This document shows, piece after piece, positions 26,095-35,664 of a stretch of 64,000 nucleotides of DNA. The stretch comes from Alphaproteobacteria bacterium. GTDB lineage: Bacteria > Pseudomonadota > Alphaproteobacteria > MPNO01. Both the position numbers and the translations under genes were made by a program. The notes beneath the pieces are model-generated. The model had not been told where the DNA came from, did not search any database, and was given only the letters and a program-made list of their open reading frames with translations. Numbering within the stretch: the first letter of the stretch is position 1; every line of letters starts with the position of its first letter. The stretch is from contig CBDFLJ010000002.1 of the NCBI GenBank assembly GCA_965248835.1, positions 2,542,848 through 2,606,847 on the forward strand, written 5' to 3'.

Positions 26095-28641
26095 ATGACC
26101 AAACGCATGTTGATCGACGGCTCCCACCCCGAAGAGGAGCGTGTCGTCATTACCAGCGCCAACCGGCTCGATGAGTACGATGTCGAGACCTCGACGAAAA
26201 AACGGATCAAAGGCAACATCTATCTCGCCAAGGTAACGCGCGTCGAACCGTCGCTGCAGGCGGCCTTCGTCGATTTCGGCGGCGACCGCCACGGGTTCCT
26301 CGCCTTCAACGACATCCATCCCGACTATTTCCAGATCCCGATCGAGGACCGCAAGGCCCTGATCGAGGAGGAAAGCGCCGAACAGCAGCAGGAGGATGCC
26401 GTCCAGGCGCTGGTCGACGAAATCGACGGCGCGATCGCCGATCAGGACGACGACTCCGGCCCGCCCGAAGAAGACGGGCAGGAAGTCGCCGATGCCTGGG
26501 CTGACGGCGTTTCGACGGACGAGGAATCGCCTGGTGTCGAGACCGGCGAGGGAGTGGCGGCGGCGCCCGCCGAAGTCGAGACCGCGACCGGTTCGGATGC
26601 CGAAGCCGATGCGCTCGAAGCGATCCCGGACGACCAGGCGGGTGAAGACGCTCAAGACGACGCCGAGGCCAAGCCGGCGTCCGGGCCGGCGCGCCGCGGC
26701 CGCAGACGGAACGCGGTCGACGCCGGCAGCGACGACGCGGAGATCCGCCTGTCGCGGCGCCGGGCCAGGCGCTACAAGATCCAGGAGGTCATCAAGCGCC
26801 GTCAGATCATCCTGGTCCAGGTCGTCAAGGAGGAACGCGGCAACAAGGGCGCCGCGCTGACGACCTATATCTCGCTCGCCGGGCGGTACTGCGTCTTGAT
26901 GCCCAACACCGCGCGCGGCGGCGGGATTTCGCGCAAGATCACCAACACCTCCTCGCGCCGAAAACTCAAGGAGATCCTGAACGAGCTGGAGATCCAGGAC
27001 GGCATGGGCGTGATCATGCGCACCGCCGGCATGGAAAGAACAAAATCGGAGATCAAGCGGGATTTCGAATATCTGTTCCGGGCCTGGGACGATATTCGAG
27101 AGCGCACCATGCAGTCGATCGCGCCGACGCCGGTCTACGAGGATGCCAGCCTGATCAAGCGCGCCATCCGCGACCTCTATACCAAGGATATCGAGGAGGT
27201 GCTGATCGAGGGCGCCGACGCCTATCAGACCGCCAAGAAGTTCATGCGGCTGATGATGCCGAGCCACGCCAAACGCGTGCAGCCCTATCGCGACGAAAAC
27301 ATTCCGCTGTTCCATCGCTACCAGGTGGAAGACCAGCTCGATGCGATACACAGCCCGGAGGTCCAACTGAAATCCGGCGGCTATATCGTCATCCACTCCA
27401 CCGAGGCGCTGGTGGCGGTCGACGTGAACTCCGGCAAATCCACGCGTGAGAGGAACATCGAGGAAACCGCGCTCAAGACCAACCTGGAGGCCGCGGACGA
27501 AGTTGCCCGCCAGCTCCGGCTGCGCGACCTGGCTGGCCTGGTGGTGATCGATTTCATCGACATGGAGGAGAGCCGCCACCTGCGTCAGGTCGAGCGCCGG
27601 CTCAAGGACGCGATGAAGCCCGACCGGGCGCGGATTCAGATCGGCCGCATAAGCGGCTTCGGCCTGCTCGAAATGTCGCGCCAGCGACTGCGGCCGAGCC
27701 TGCAGGAGGCCAGCACCCAGATCTGCCAGCACTGCCATGGCCAGGGCTTTGTGCGGTCCACCGAATCGATGGCGCTGGTGGTGCTGCGTGCGCTGGAGGA
27801 CGAAGGCATCCGCCAACGCTCCAGCGATATCTCGGTGGCGGTGCCGACCTCGGTGGCGCTATATGTGCTGAACAACAAGCGCAAGGCCTTGGGCGACATC
27901 GAGGCGCGCTACGGATTCAGCATCAGCCTTATCGGCGATGACACGGTGGTCCCGCCCGATATGAGGATCGAACGGACCAAGGCGCTCCCGACGGAGGCCA
28001 TGGCCGAGCGCGTGCCGGCAGCGGAAGAGGCCGCGCCCGCCGAGGCGGCGGTCGTTGACGCAACCGAACCAGCGGAGACCGGCAAGGAAGACGGCGAGCA
28101 CAAGCAGACCCGAGCGCGCCGGTCACGCCGCCGTAGGGCCACGCCGGAGACGGCGGCCGAGGCTGCACCCGAAGCCGCAGAGGCCGGTGCGGAGAACGCG
28201 CCGGCCGCGGAGACCGCGGAGCTGGAAGAGACCGCTGCGCCCAAGCGCCGCCGCCGTGGACGACGCGGCGGTCGCGGACGGAGCGCGCGCGGCGAGCAGA
28301 CCGGATCGGCGGTGGCCGATGAGGCCGAAACCGACGAGACCACGCCGGAGAGCGAGGCCGATCCGATCACCGCGACCAATGGCGCGGGAGCGGAGCCCGC
28401 CGCCATGGAGCCCGAAACCGCAGATGTGCAGCCCGCGCCGGCAGACGATGCAGCGCTGGAAGCCGCTCCGGCCGAGTCGCCGGCCGAACCGGAGGGGTCG
28501 AACGGCGAGCAGGAGCGTGAAGCCGTGGAGGAGTCCGCCGCGGACGACGACGTCGAGGCGCCCGCACCGGTCGCCGTCCCGCATGAGGTTGCGGCCGGTC
28601 CACCGCGCCGCCGCGGCTGGTGGCAGCGGCTGGTCGACTAA
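26095..28641 (+). CDS. rne: Ribonuclease E
   Basis: 'KRMLID', 'KGNIYLAKVTRVEPSLQAAFVD', acidic S1 insertion, 'DVNSGKST', 'DFIDM', Zn-link 'CQHCHG', Arg-rich C-terminal region, terminal 'GWWQR'. Confidence 0.97.
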   Translation: MTKRMLIDGSHPEEERVVITSANRLDEYDVETSTKKRIKGNIYLAKVTRVEPSLQAAFVDFGGDRHGFLAFNDIHPDYFQIPIEDRKALIEEESAEQQQEDAVQALVDEIDGAIADQDDDSGPPEEDGQEVADAWADGVSTDEESPGVETGEGVAAAPAEVETATGSDAEADALEAIPDDQAGEDAQDDAEAKPASGPARRGRRRNAVDAGSDDAEIRLSRRRARRYKIQEVIKRRQIILVQVVKEERGNKGAALTTYISLAGRYCVLMPNTARGGGISRKITNTSSRRKLKEILNELEIQDGMGVIMRTAGMERTKSEIKRDFEYLFRAWDDIRERTMQSIAPTPVYEDASLIKRAIRDLYTKDIEEVLIEGADAYQTAKKFMRLMMPSHAKRVQPYRDENIPLFHRYQVEDQLDAIHSPEVQLKSGGYIVIHSTEALVAVDVNSGKSTRERNIEETALKTNLEAADEVARQLRLRDLAGLVVIDFIDMEESRHLRQVERRLKDAMKPDRARIQIGRISGFGLLEMSRQRLRPSLQEASTQICQHCHGQGFVRSTESMALVVLRALEDEGIRQRSSDISVAVPTSVALYVLNNKRKALGDIEARYGFSISLIGDDTVVPPDMRIERTKALPTEAMAERVPAAEEAAPAEAAVVDATEPAETGKEDGEHKQTRARRSRRRRATPETAAEAAPEAAEAGAENAPAAETAELEETAAPKRRRRGRRGGRGRSARGEQTGSAVADEAETDETTPESEADPITATNGAGAEPAAMEPETADVQPAPADDAALEAAPAESPAEPEGSNGEQEREAVEESAADDDVEAPAPVAVPHEVAAGPPRRRGWWQRLVD

Positions 28642-29825
28642 ACCACGTTCTGATCGGATCGCGTCGGTCCGGCGCGCGTGTCCGCCCACCGCTCCAGCCT
28701 GGCGACGGCCTCGTGCATGTCCGCGTTGGACCCGGCGAATGAGATCCGCACGAAGTCGCCGCCGCGCGCCTGGTCGAAGTCGCGGCCGGGTGCCATCGCG
28801 ATACCGGCCTCGTGCAGCAGCCGGTCGCACAGCGCGTCGCTGTCCAGCCCCAGCGGGCTGACGTCGGCATAGAGGTAGAACGCCCCATCGGCCGGTGCCA
28901 GCCGCACAAGGCCCGCCCGGGGCAGCCCGTTCAGCAGGATCTCGCGGTTGCCGGCGTAGCGGCGGACATTCCCGTCCAGCTCCTCGCCGCAGTCGAAGGC
29001 CGCGACCGCTGCATGCTGGGCCAGGCTCGGCGGCGAGATGAACAGGTTCTGGGCAAGGCATTCGACGGCCCGCAGCAGGTCCTCGGGCACGACCATCCAA
29101 CCGATTCGCCAGCCGGTCATCGAGAAATATTTCGAGAAGCTGTTGATGACAATGGCCTCGTCGGTGAAGGCCAACGCAGTCTCCGCCGGGCCGGCGTAGG
29201 TGATCCCGTGATAGATCTCATCGGAGATCAGCCGGATCCTGCGGTCGCGGCAGTACGCGGCGAGCGCGGCCAGCGAATCGCGGTCGAGCATCGTGCCGGT
29301 GGGGTTGGCGGGGCTTGCCACGATCAGCCCGTCGAGCGGCTCATCGATGCCATCGAGGAGCGCGGGGCTCGGCTGATACCGGGTCTCCGGGCCCGTCTGC
29401 AGGCAGAGGGTTTCGATCCCCACCGCCTGCAGGATGTTGCGATAGGCGGGGTAACCCGGATCGGCGAGCGCCACGCGATCGCCGGCATCGAAGGCGGCGA
29501 GGAACGACAGCACGAACCCGCCGGACGAACCGGTTGTGACGACGACCCGCCGGGGATCGACCGACCGGCCGTAAGAGTCCTGGTAATGGGCGGCGATCCG
29601 GGCGCGCAGCCGCGGAATGCCGGTCGCCTCGGTATAGCCCAGCGCATCGGATTCCAGGGCCCGCTTCGCCGCGTCCAGAACGCCGCGCGGCGCCGGGGTC
29701 GATGGTTGACCCACCTCCAGATGGACGACGTCGTGACCCGCGGCCTCATGCGCGTTCGCGGCGCGCATCACTTCCATGACGACGAAGGGCGGAACCGCGC
29801 CGCGGGCAGAGCGTTTCAGGGCCAC
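28638..29825 (-). CDS. PLP-dependent aminotransferase class I/II
   Basis: 'HLEVGQP', 'SPANPTG', 'SDEIYHG', 'NSFSKYFSMTGWRIGW'. Confidence 0.93.
   Translation of the reverse strand: MALKRSARGAVPPFVVMEVMRAANAHEAAGHDVVHLEVGQPSTPAPRGVLDAAKRALESDALGYTEATGIPRLRARIAAHYQDSYGRSVDPRRVVVTTGSSGGFVLSFLAAFDAGDRVALADPGYPAYRNILQAVGIETLCLQTGPETRYQPSPALLDGIDEPLDGLIVASPANPTGTMLDRDSLAALAAYCRDRRIRLISDEIYHGITYAGPAETALAFTDEAIVINSFSKYFSMTGWRIGWMVVPEDLLRAVECLAQNLFISPPSLAQHAAVAAFDCGEELDGNVRRYAGNREILLNGLPRAGLVRLAPADGAFYLYADVSPLGLDSDALCDRLLHEAGIAMAPGRDFDQARGGDFVRISFAGSNADMHEAVARLERWADTRAGPTRSDQNVV
28639..28660. repeat. Degenerate partial copy of the palindromic repeat at the rne/aminotransferase stop overlap
   Basis: TAAACCACGTTCTGATCGGATC vs the reverse complement of 24382-24403 (TGACGCATGTTCCGATCTGATC), 16/22 identical. 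Confidence 0.4.
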
Positions 29826-29828
29826 TTT

Positions 29829-31166
29829 CTACCTTTGGGCGCTGACCGCGTAGCCGAAACCGCGCGGATCGGTTTGAAACCGGCAGAGATCCACCCTGCG
29901 CCGAATGCCCTCCGGGCAGTAGATCGCATTGACCCGGCCAACACCGGGCCGCCGGGCCGCGACAGCCTCTTTCAACGGTGCCTTCCGATAGAGGACGGCG
30001 CCCGAGACACCGGCCAGAACCCGGGCCGAGGCCGGCCCGCCGGAGGCCGAGACGGCGAAATAGGCATTGCTGGTGTTCTGGTTGAAGATGATCGCCAGCG
30101 AGAACCCGTCTCCCGCCGCCGCGCTTGCCGGGGAGGAGGCGAACACGCCGGTGCCCGGGATGATCCGACCGGTGCCGAACGGGCCGTTCATCGAAAACCC
30201 GCAGGCAACCGCGCCGCCGTTGCGATCCATTACGACGAAGCCGGTGGTGCCGTGGTCATGCGGTCCCGGTTCCGGTTCGTGTGTCCCTGCGGGCGTGTCG
30301 GCTTCGCCCCGAGACAGCCGTCGCCACAGGCCGGCGGCCGCGGACCCGGCCACCAACGCAACCGTATGGTCACCGAACTTGAAGGTCTCGGGCTCACGCC
30401 AGGTCGGGATCCAGTTGCGCAATGAAGCGACCGGCATCGTCATGCCGATGGAGGCGGCCCCGCTGGCAAGCCGCTTGGCCAGCGACCCGCCATAGAGCGC
30501 GCCGGCGCCCCTGGCCCTGATCTGGCCGATGGTCGTCGCGAGCGAGACCTGCTCGAGGCTGTCACCTTCATCCAACGGCGCTCCGTTGCGCCGCAGGAAG
30601 ATCGCTCTGGCCGTCGGGTCGGCCGCCAAGCGGGCGGCCTCGGGGCGGCTCGCGCGCGCCAGGGCGCGCGAAATCCGGTTGCCGAACCGCGCGGCCCGTT
30701 CGCCGGGCAGCACGAGTTGTTCCCAACGCAATCGGCCGTAGCGGGCATGGAGCGCAGCCATCCCGCGCACGTTCGAGGGGATTGCGAGCGTCCGCCCAGC
30801 GGCGGCGGCCGTATCCGGGCGGGGCAGGAAGTCCAGCACCTCAGCCTTGGCGGAGTCCCCGGAATGGACGACGCACATCCCGCCGCCGCCCAGGGCGGCG
30901 GCGATCGGATAGGTCACGGCGAGCCCGAAATAGAGCGCGACCGCGGCATCGGCGGCGGTTCCGCCGGCCGATAGTGCGTCGCGGGCGATCAGCGCCGCGG
31001 CCGGTTCCTCGGAGACGGCACCGCCGAAGCCTTCCCCGGCATGGCCGATCACGCCCAGCGGCTTGGCCCCGAAATCGCACGCGAACAGCAATGGCAGCAT
31101 CAACGCGAGCGCCGTTTGACGGTGCGGCTTCCACCACCTAGGTTCCGAACCACGAGAGGGACTCAT
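29829..31166 (-). CDS. Gamma-glutamyltransferase family protein (short form), probable lipoprotein
   Basis: 'AGGTAADAAVA', 'LGGGG', 'RYGRLRWEQL', 'HGTTGFVVMDRNG', 'FGTGRIIPGTG'; lipobox-like 'LLFAC'. Start uncertain. Confidence 0.8.
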   Translation of the reverse strand: MSPSRGSEPRWWKPHRQTALALMLPLLFACDFGAKPLGVIGHAGEGFGGAVSEEPAAALIARDALSAGGTAADAAVALYFGLAVTYPIAAALGGGGMCVVHSGDSAKAEVLDFLPRPDTAAAAGRTLAIPSNVRGMAALHARYGRLRWEQLVLPGERAARFGNRISRALARASRPEAARLAADPTARAIFLRRNGAPLDEGDSLEQVSLATTIGQIRARGAGALYGGSLAKRLASGAASIGMTMPVASLRNWIPTWREPETFKFGDHTVALVAGSAAAGLWRRLSRGEADTPAGTHEPEPGPHDHGTTGFVVMDRNGGAVACGFSMNGPFGTGRIIPGTGVFASSPASAAAGDGFSLAIIFNQNTSNAYFAVSASGGPASARVLAGVSGAVLYRKAPLKEAVAARRPGVGRVNAIYCPEGIRRRVDLCRFQTDPRGFGYAVSAQR

Positions 31167-32535
31167 GCCCTTTGCCCGCTCCATTTGTCGAGCGCTGTTC
31201 CTGAATGTGCTGATCTGCGTGCTCTCGATCGAGGGCGCGGCGCCCGCCAATGGCGGCACGGTCCAGATATTCGACACCGAGATCGAGAATATCATCCGGC
31301 TTTACGCGAAGCCAGTATTCCGCGCAGCCAGCATAGCGCCGGGTGCGGTGCGGATCCATCTGGTCCGCTCGAACGTGGCCAACGCCTTCGTATCGCGCGG
31401 CCAGCGTCTGTTCCTCACCACGGGGTTGCTGCGCGCCGCGGAGCACCCGGGCCAGGTAATCGGGGTCCTGGCCCACGAGACCGGGCACATCGCCGGCGGC
31501 CACCTGGCAAGGCTGGACACGATGCTGCGCGATGCTTCGACACCGGCGCTGCTGACGACCATCTTCGCTGCGGCACTTGGCATATTGTCGGGCAGCCCCG
31601 AAGCCGCGATCGCCGCCGCCGGCGCCGGGGCGACCGCGGTCAACCGCCGCCTCCTGTCGTTCAGCCGTGCGCAGGAGCAGGCCGCCGACCGCGCGGCGAT
31701 CTTCTACCTCGACAAGACCGGGCAGTCGGCCCGCGGCCTTTACGAGTTTCTCGAATACCTCGACGATCAACAGGCGCTGATCCTCAGCCGGCGCACCCAG
31801 GAGGCGCTCGGCTATGACGTCACCCACCCGCTGACCCGCGACCGCATCGCGTATCTGCGCGATCACGTGGAGCGCTCGAAGCATTCCGACCGGCCGGTTT
31901 CCCCGGCACGCCAGCGGATGCACGCGCGCATGGTCGCCAAGCTGGATGGGTTCATGGACAAGCCGGCCCGCACGCTCGCCAAGTACAAGCCATCCGATCG
32001 AGGGCTGCCCGCCCGCTACGCCCGTGCGATCGCGCTTTACCGCAAGACCGATACCGAGAACGCGCTGCGCGCCACTGCCGACCTGATCGCCGAACACCCC
32101 GATGATCCGTATTTCCAGGAGCTGATGGGGCAGATCCTGTTCGAATCCGGCCGGATCGCCGACGCGGTGCCCTATTACCAGCGCGCGGTCGACATGATGC
32201 CCGACGCGCCCCTGCTGCGGGTCGGCCTCGCCCACGCGCAGATCGAGCTCAATCGCAAGGACCTGATCCGCACGGCGCTCGGCCATCTCAAGATCGCAAT
32301 GCGCGATGAGGACACCATCGTGCTGGCCTGGCGGCTGGCGGCGACTGCCTATGGCCGGTTGGGTCAACTTGGCCAGTCCGCGCTGGCCTCGGCCGAGTAC
32401 GCGTTTCGCACCGGCCGGCCCAGCGAGGCCATCCAGATGGCCGAACGGGCCAAGAGGCTGTTGAAGGAAGGCTCCCCCGGCAGGTTTCGCGCCGACGACC
32501 TGATTGCCTTGCTCGAGCGCCAAAAGCCGCGCTGA
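31165..32535 (+). CDS. M48 family metalloprotease with TPR-like C-terminus (BepA/YfgC-like)
   Basis: 'NAFV', 'GVLAHETGH' (HExxH), 'FSRAQEQAAD', 'THPL'; signal peptide. Confidence 0.9.
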   Translation: MPFARSICRALFLNVLICVLSIEGAAPANGGTVQIFDTEIENIIRLYAKPVFRAASIAPGAVRIHLVRSNVANAFVSRGQRLFLTTGLLRAAEHPGQVIGVLAHETGHIAGGHLARLDTMLRDASTPALLTTIFAAALGILSGSPEAAIAAAGAGATAVNRRLLSFSRAQEQAADRAAIFYLDKTGQSARGLYEFLEYLDDQQALILSRRTQEALGYDVTHPLTRDRIAYLRDHVERSKHSDRPVSPARQRMHARMVAKLDGFMDKPARTLAKYKPSDRGLPARYARAIALYRKTDTENALRATADLIAEHPDDPYFQELMGQILFESGRIADAVPYYQRAVDMMPDAPLLRVGLAHAQIELNRKDLIRTALGHLKIAMRDEDTIVLAWRLAATAYGRLGQLGQSALASAEYAFRTGRPSEAIQMAERAKRLLKEGSPGRFRADDLIALLERQKPR

Positions 32536-32635
32536 GCGGGTCTTGCGAACAAATGTCGAATTTCCCGTCCCAGCCGTGATAAGGTTCGCGTCGGGTGGTT
32601 TGCGCCCTGAAAGAGGTCTGTTCAGGATTCCCGAC

Positions 32636-33385
32636 ATGCGTCATCGATTTGTCATCTTGGGCGTCGTTGCGGCGCTTGCGTTGTCTTCGCCGCCGGGGGC
32701 CGCAGCTGCCGAGTTGAGCCCAGACCAGCGCAAGGCGATCGAAGCGGTGATCGAGGACTATCTGGTCCGCAACCCAGAGGTGATCGAGCGCGCCCTGCAG
32801 ACGCTGGAGGCCACGCGCGAGGCCGAGGCGGCGCAGGCCGTGCGGGTCGCACTCAAGACCTACCACAAGGACTTGGTGGACCAGCCCAAGACACCGGTCG
32901 CCGGCAACATCAACGGTGACGTGACGATGGTGGAATTCTTCGACTATCGATGCGGGGTCTGCCGGCGGGTTCATCCTGTGCTCGACACGCTGATGGAGTC
33001 CGACGACGGAATCCGGCGGGTCTATAAGGAATGGCCGATCCTGGGCCCCGACTCGGTCTACGCCAGCCGCGCCGCCCTCGCCTCGCGCGCCCAGGGCAGG
33101 TACCACGCCTTCCACGATGCGCTGATGGAAAACCGCGGCGGCCTCGACAAGGCCGGGGTCCTGCGCGTCGCATCGCGAATCGGGATGGACGCCGCGAAGT
33201 TGCAGCGCGACATGGAATCGCGCGAGATCACCGCGATCATCAGCCGCAACTTCGCCGTCGCCGAGGCGTTGCAGATCACCGGCACGCCGTCCTTCGTGAT
33301 CGGCGATCAAGTGATCCGGGGCGGACGCGACCTGGCGACGATGAAGCGGCTGATCGCCCAGGCCCGCGCGGCAACCAAGCAATAG
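32636..33385 (+). CDS. DsbA family protein (Com1/ScsC-like)
   Basis: 'YLVRNPEVI', 'EFFDYRCGVC', 'KEWPIL', 'GTPSFVIG'. Confidence 0.92.
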   Translation: MRHRFVILGVVAALALSSPPGAAAAELSPDQRKAIEAVIEDYLVRNPEVIERALQTLEATREAEAAQAVRVALKTYHKDLVDQPKTPVAGNINGDVTMVEFFDYRCGVCRRVHPVLDTLMESDDGIRRVYKEWPILGPDSVYASRAALASRAQGRYHAFHDALMENRGGLDKAGVLRVASRIGMDAAKLQRDMESREITAIISRNFAVAEALQITGTPSFVIGDQVIRGGRDLATMKRLIAQARAATKQ

Positions 33386-33408
33386 AGCATTTTCCGGACA
33401 AGCCGGAC
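33383..33408. repeat. Partial copy of the palindromic repeat, beginning at the dsbA stop codon
   Basis: TAGAGCATTTTCCGGACAAGCCGGAC vs 24333-24358 (TAGAGCCTGTTCCGAACAAGCCGGGC), 22/26 identical. Confidence 0.6.
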
Positions 33409-33428
33409 CACGGCCGCTCAGATGCCGC

Positions 33429-34559
33429 TCAGATATAGTGCTCGTCGAGCGGTGGAAACCCGTTGAAGCCGACCGAGGCGTAGGTCGTGGTGTACGCCCC
33501 GGCGCTCAGGATCTCGATCTTGTCGCCGATCCGCAGGTCGAGCGGCAGTTCGTAGCCGGCCGCCTCGTAGAGCATGTCGACCTCGTCGCATGTCGGACCG
33601 GCGATCGCCACCGGGCCCGTCGGCCCACCGTCGCGCGGCGTGCGCATGCGATACTGGATCGCCTCGTCCATCACCTCGGGAAGCCCGCCGAACCGGCCGA
33701 TGTCGAGATAGATCCAGCGCTTGTCCTCGCCGTAGGACTTGCGTGAGATCAGCACGACCTCGGTCTGGATCACACCGGCATCGGCGGGGATACAGCGCCC
33801 GGGCTCGATCATCATGCGCGGCAGATCGTTGCCGAAATGGCGGCGCATAGCGGTCATGATCGCATCGCCGTAACGCTCCAGCCCGGGCACGTCCTGGCGG
33901 TAGCGGCCCGGGAAGCCGCCGCCCAGGTTGACCATCTGGAGTTCAATCCCGCGGCGGGTAAGGGCGGTGAAAATCATCGCGGTGCGCCCGATCGCGATAT
34001 CCCACTGGGCGACGTCGCGCTGCTGCGAGCCGACATGGAAGGAAATGCCGTAGGGCACCAGATCCAGGCCGGCCGCGCGCTCGAGCAGGTCGATCGCCAT
34101 CTCGACATGGCAGCCGAACTTCTCCGAAAGCGGCCAGTCCGCGCCCTGACCGTCGGTCAGGATCCGGCACAGCACCCGCGACCCGGGTGCCGCGCGCGCG
34201 ATCTTGAGCAGCTCCGCCTCGCAGTCGAAGGCGTAGATGTCCAGACCGCAGGCGCGAGCCATCGCGATGTCGCGTTCCTTCTTGATGGTGCTGCCGAACG
34301 CCATCCGGGCCGGATCGATGCCGTAATCGCGGCATTGCCCAATCTCATGGATGCTCGCGGTATCGAAGTGCGACCCCAGCCGGTCGAGCAACGCCACCAC
34401 CGGGCGCGCCGGATTGGCTTTGACGGCGTAGTAGATCTCGGCATCGGGCAGGGCCGCACGCAGCGCGTGGTAGTTCTCCTCCACCACGTCCAGATCGACC
34501 ACCAGGCACGGCGTCGCCGGCTGACGTTCCGCCAGAAACCGTTCGATCTTCGAATTCAT
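33429..34559 (-). CDS. Ornithine/lysine decarboxylase (fold-type III PLP)
   Basis: 'YYAVKANP', 'FDTAS', 'SFHVGSQ', 'NLGGGFP', 'EPGR', 'GPTCD', 'GAYT...FNGF'. Confidence 0.93.
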   Translation of the reverse strand: MNSKIERFLAERQPATPCLVVDLDVVEENYHALRAALPDAEIYYAVKANPARPVVALLDRLGSHFDTASIHEIGQCRDYGIDPARMAFGSTIKKERDIAMARACGLDIYAFDCEAELLKIARAAPGSRVLCRILTDGQGADWPLSEKFGCHVEMAIDLLERAAGLDLVPYGISFHVGSQQRDVAQWDIAIGRTAMIFTALTRRGIELQMVNLGGGFPGRYRQDVPGLERYGDAIMTAMRRHFGNDLPRMMIEPGRCIPADAGVIQTEVVLISRKSYGEDKRWIYLDIGRFGGLPEVMDEAIQYRMRTPRDGGPTGPVAIAGPTCDEVDMLYEAAGYELPLDLRIGDKIEILSAGAYTTTYASVGFNGFPPLDEHYI

Positions 34560-34750
34560 AGCCGCCGTGCCGCCGTGCCGCCGCCCGCACCCGCCCACCG
34601 GCGAGGGCGCAGGTGATATACGCGCCCACGCCCGCTGTAAAGGGTGAAGCCCGCCACGCCCGCCCGCGCGGCGGATGACTGCTTGATTGCAGAGACGCCC
34701 ATGCGTCCCTATAACGCTGGCTGTCCTCGAACCGATACGAGCGGGCCGGC

Positions 34751-35206
34751 ATGGCATCGCGAATTCTCATCCTCAACGGCCCAAACCTCAACATGCTCGG
34801 TGTCCGCGAGCCGGACATCTATGGGCATCAGACGTTGCGGGACGTCGAGGCGCTGTGCCACGCCACGGCCGACCCGCTCGATGCCGTCGTTTCTTTTCGC
34901 CAGTCCAACCACGAAGGCGAGCTGCTCGATTGGATTCACGCCGCGCGCGATACCCAGGACGTCATCATCATCAACCCGGCCGCTTACGGCCACACGTCGA
35001 TTGCACTCCTTGACGCGCTCAAGGCCTGCGCGCTGCCGGTGGTGGAGCTGCATCTTTCCAACCCGCTGGCCCGCGAGCCGTTCCGCCATCACAGCTACGT
35101 GAGTCAGGTCGCCGACGGCCTGATTTGCGGCTTCGGCAGCGACGGCTATGCGATGGCGATCGAGGCCGCGGTCCGGCTGGTGGACCGGAAACGGGAAGCC
35201 CGGTAG
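34751..35206 (+). CDS. aroQ: Type II 3-dehydroquinate dehydratase
   Basis: 'LNGPNLNMLG.REP.IYG', 'QSNHEG', 'INPAAYGHTS', 'REPFRHHS'. Confidence 0.96.
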   Translation: MASRILILNGPNLNMLGVREPDIYGHQTLRDVEALCHATADPLDAVVSFRQSNHEGELLDWIHAARDTQDVIIINPAAYGHTSIALLDALKACALPVVELHLSNPLAREPFRHHSYVSQVADGLICGFGSDGYAMAIEAAVRLVDRKREAR

Positions 35207-35646
35207 TGGCGCAGATCGACATCGACGAGGACCTGATCCGGCGGCTCTCGGCCCTGCTCGAGGAGACCGGCCTGGGCGAGATCGAATACGCCGAGGGCAG
35301 GACAAGGATCCGGGTCGCCCGCGGCGGCGGCGCGGTCGCGATCCCCGCTCCCCACGGCGCGCCGGCGGCCGATCCCGCCGCGGAAGCTCGGGTCCCGGCC
35401 CGGGCGGACATCGAGGGCGCGGTGATTGCTCCCATGGTCGGCACCGTCTATGTCGCACCGGAGCCGGGGGCGGCGCCTTTCGTTCGGCCCGGCGATACGG
35501 TCGAGGAGGGCCAGACGCTGCTGCTTATCGAGGCGATGAAGACGTTCAACCCGATCCGCGCGCCGCGCGCCGGCAGGGTCGCCCGGATTCTGGTGGGCGA
35601 TGCCATGCCGGTCGAGTACGGCGAAGCCCTGGTCGTCCTCGAATAG
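35206..35646 (+). CDS. accB: Acetyl-CoA carboxylase biotin carboxyl carrier protein
   Basis: 'PMVGTVY', 'IEAMKTFN', 'PVEYGE'; between aroQ and accC. Confidence 0.95.
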   Translation: MAQIDIDEDLIRRLSALLEETGLGEIEYAEGRTRIRVARGGGAVAIPAPHGAPAADPAAEARVPARADIEGAVIAPMVGTVYVAPEPGAAPFVRPGDTVEEGQTLLLIEAMKTFNPIRAPRAGRVARILVGDAMPVEYGEALVVLE

Positions 35647-35664
35647 AGGTTCAAGCCCGCGCCG

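Noticed and set aside
26340-26760. Acidic low-complexity insertion in RNase E as an intein or foreign insert
   Set aside because: Alphaproteobacterial RNase E normally carries a charged insertion in the S1 domain, and no intein motifs are present.
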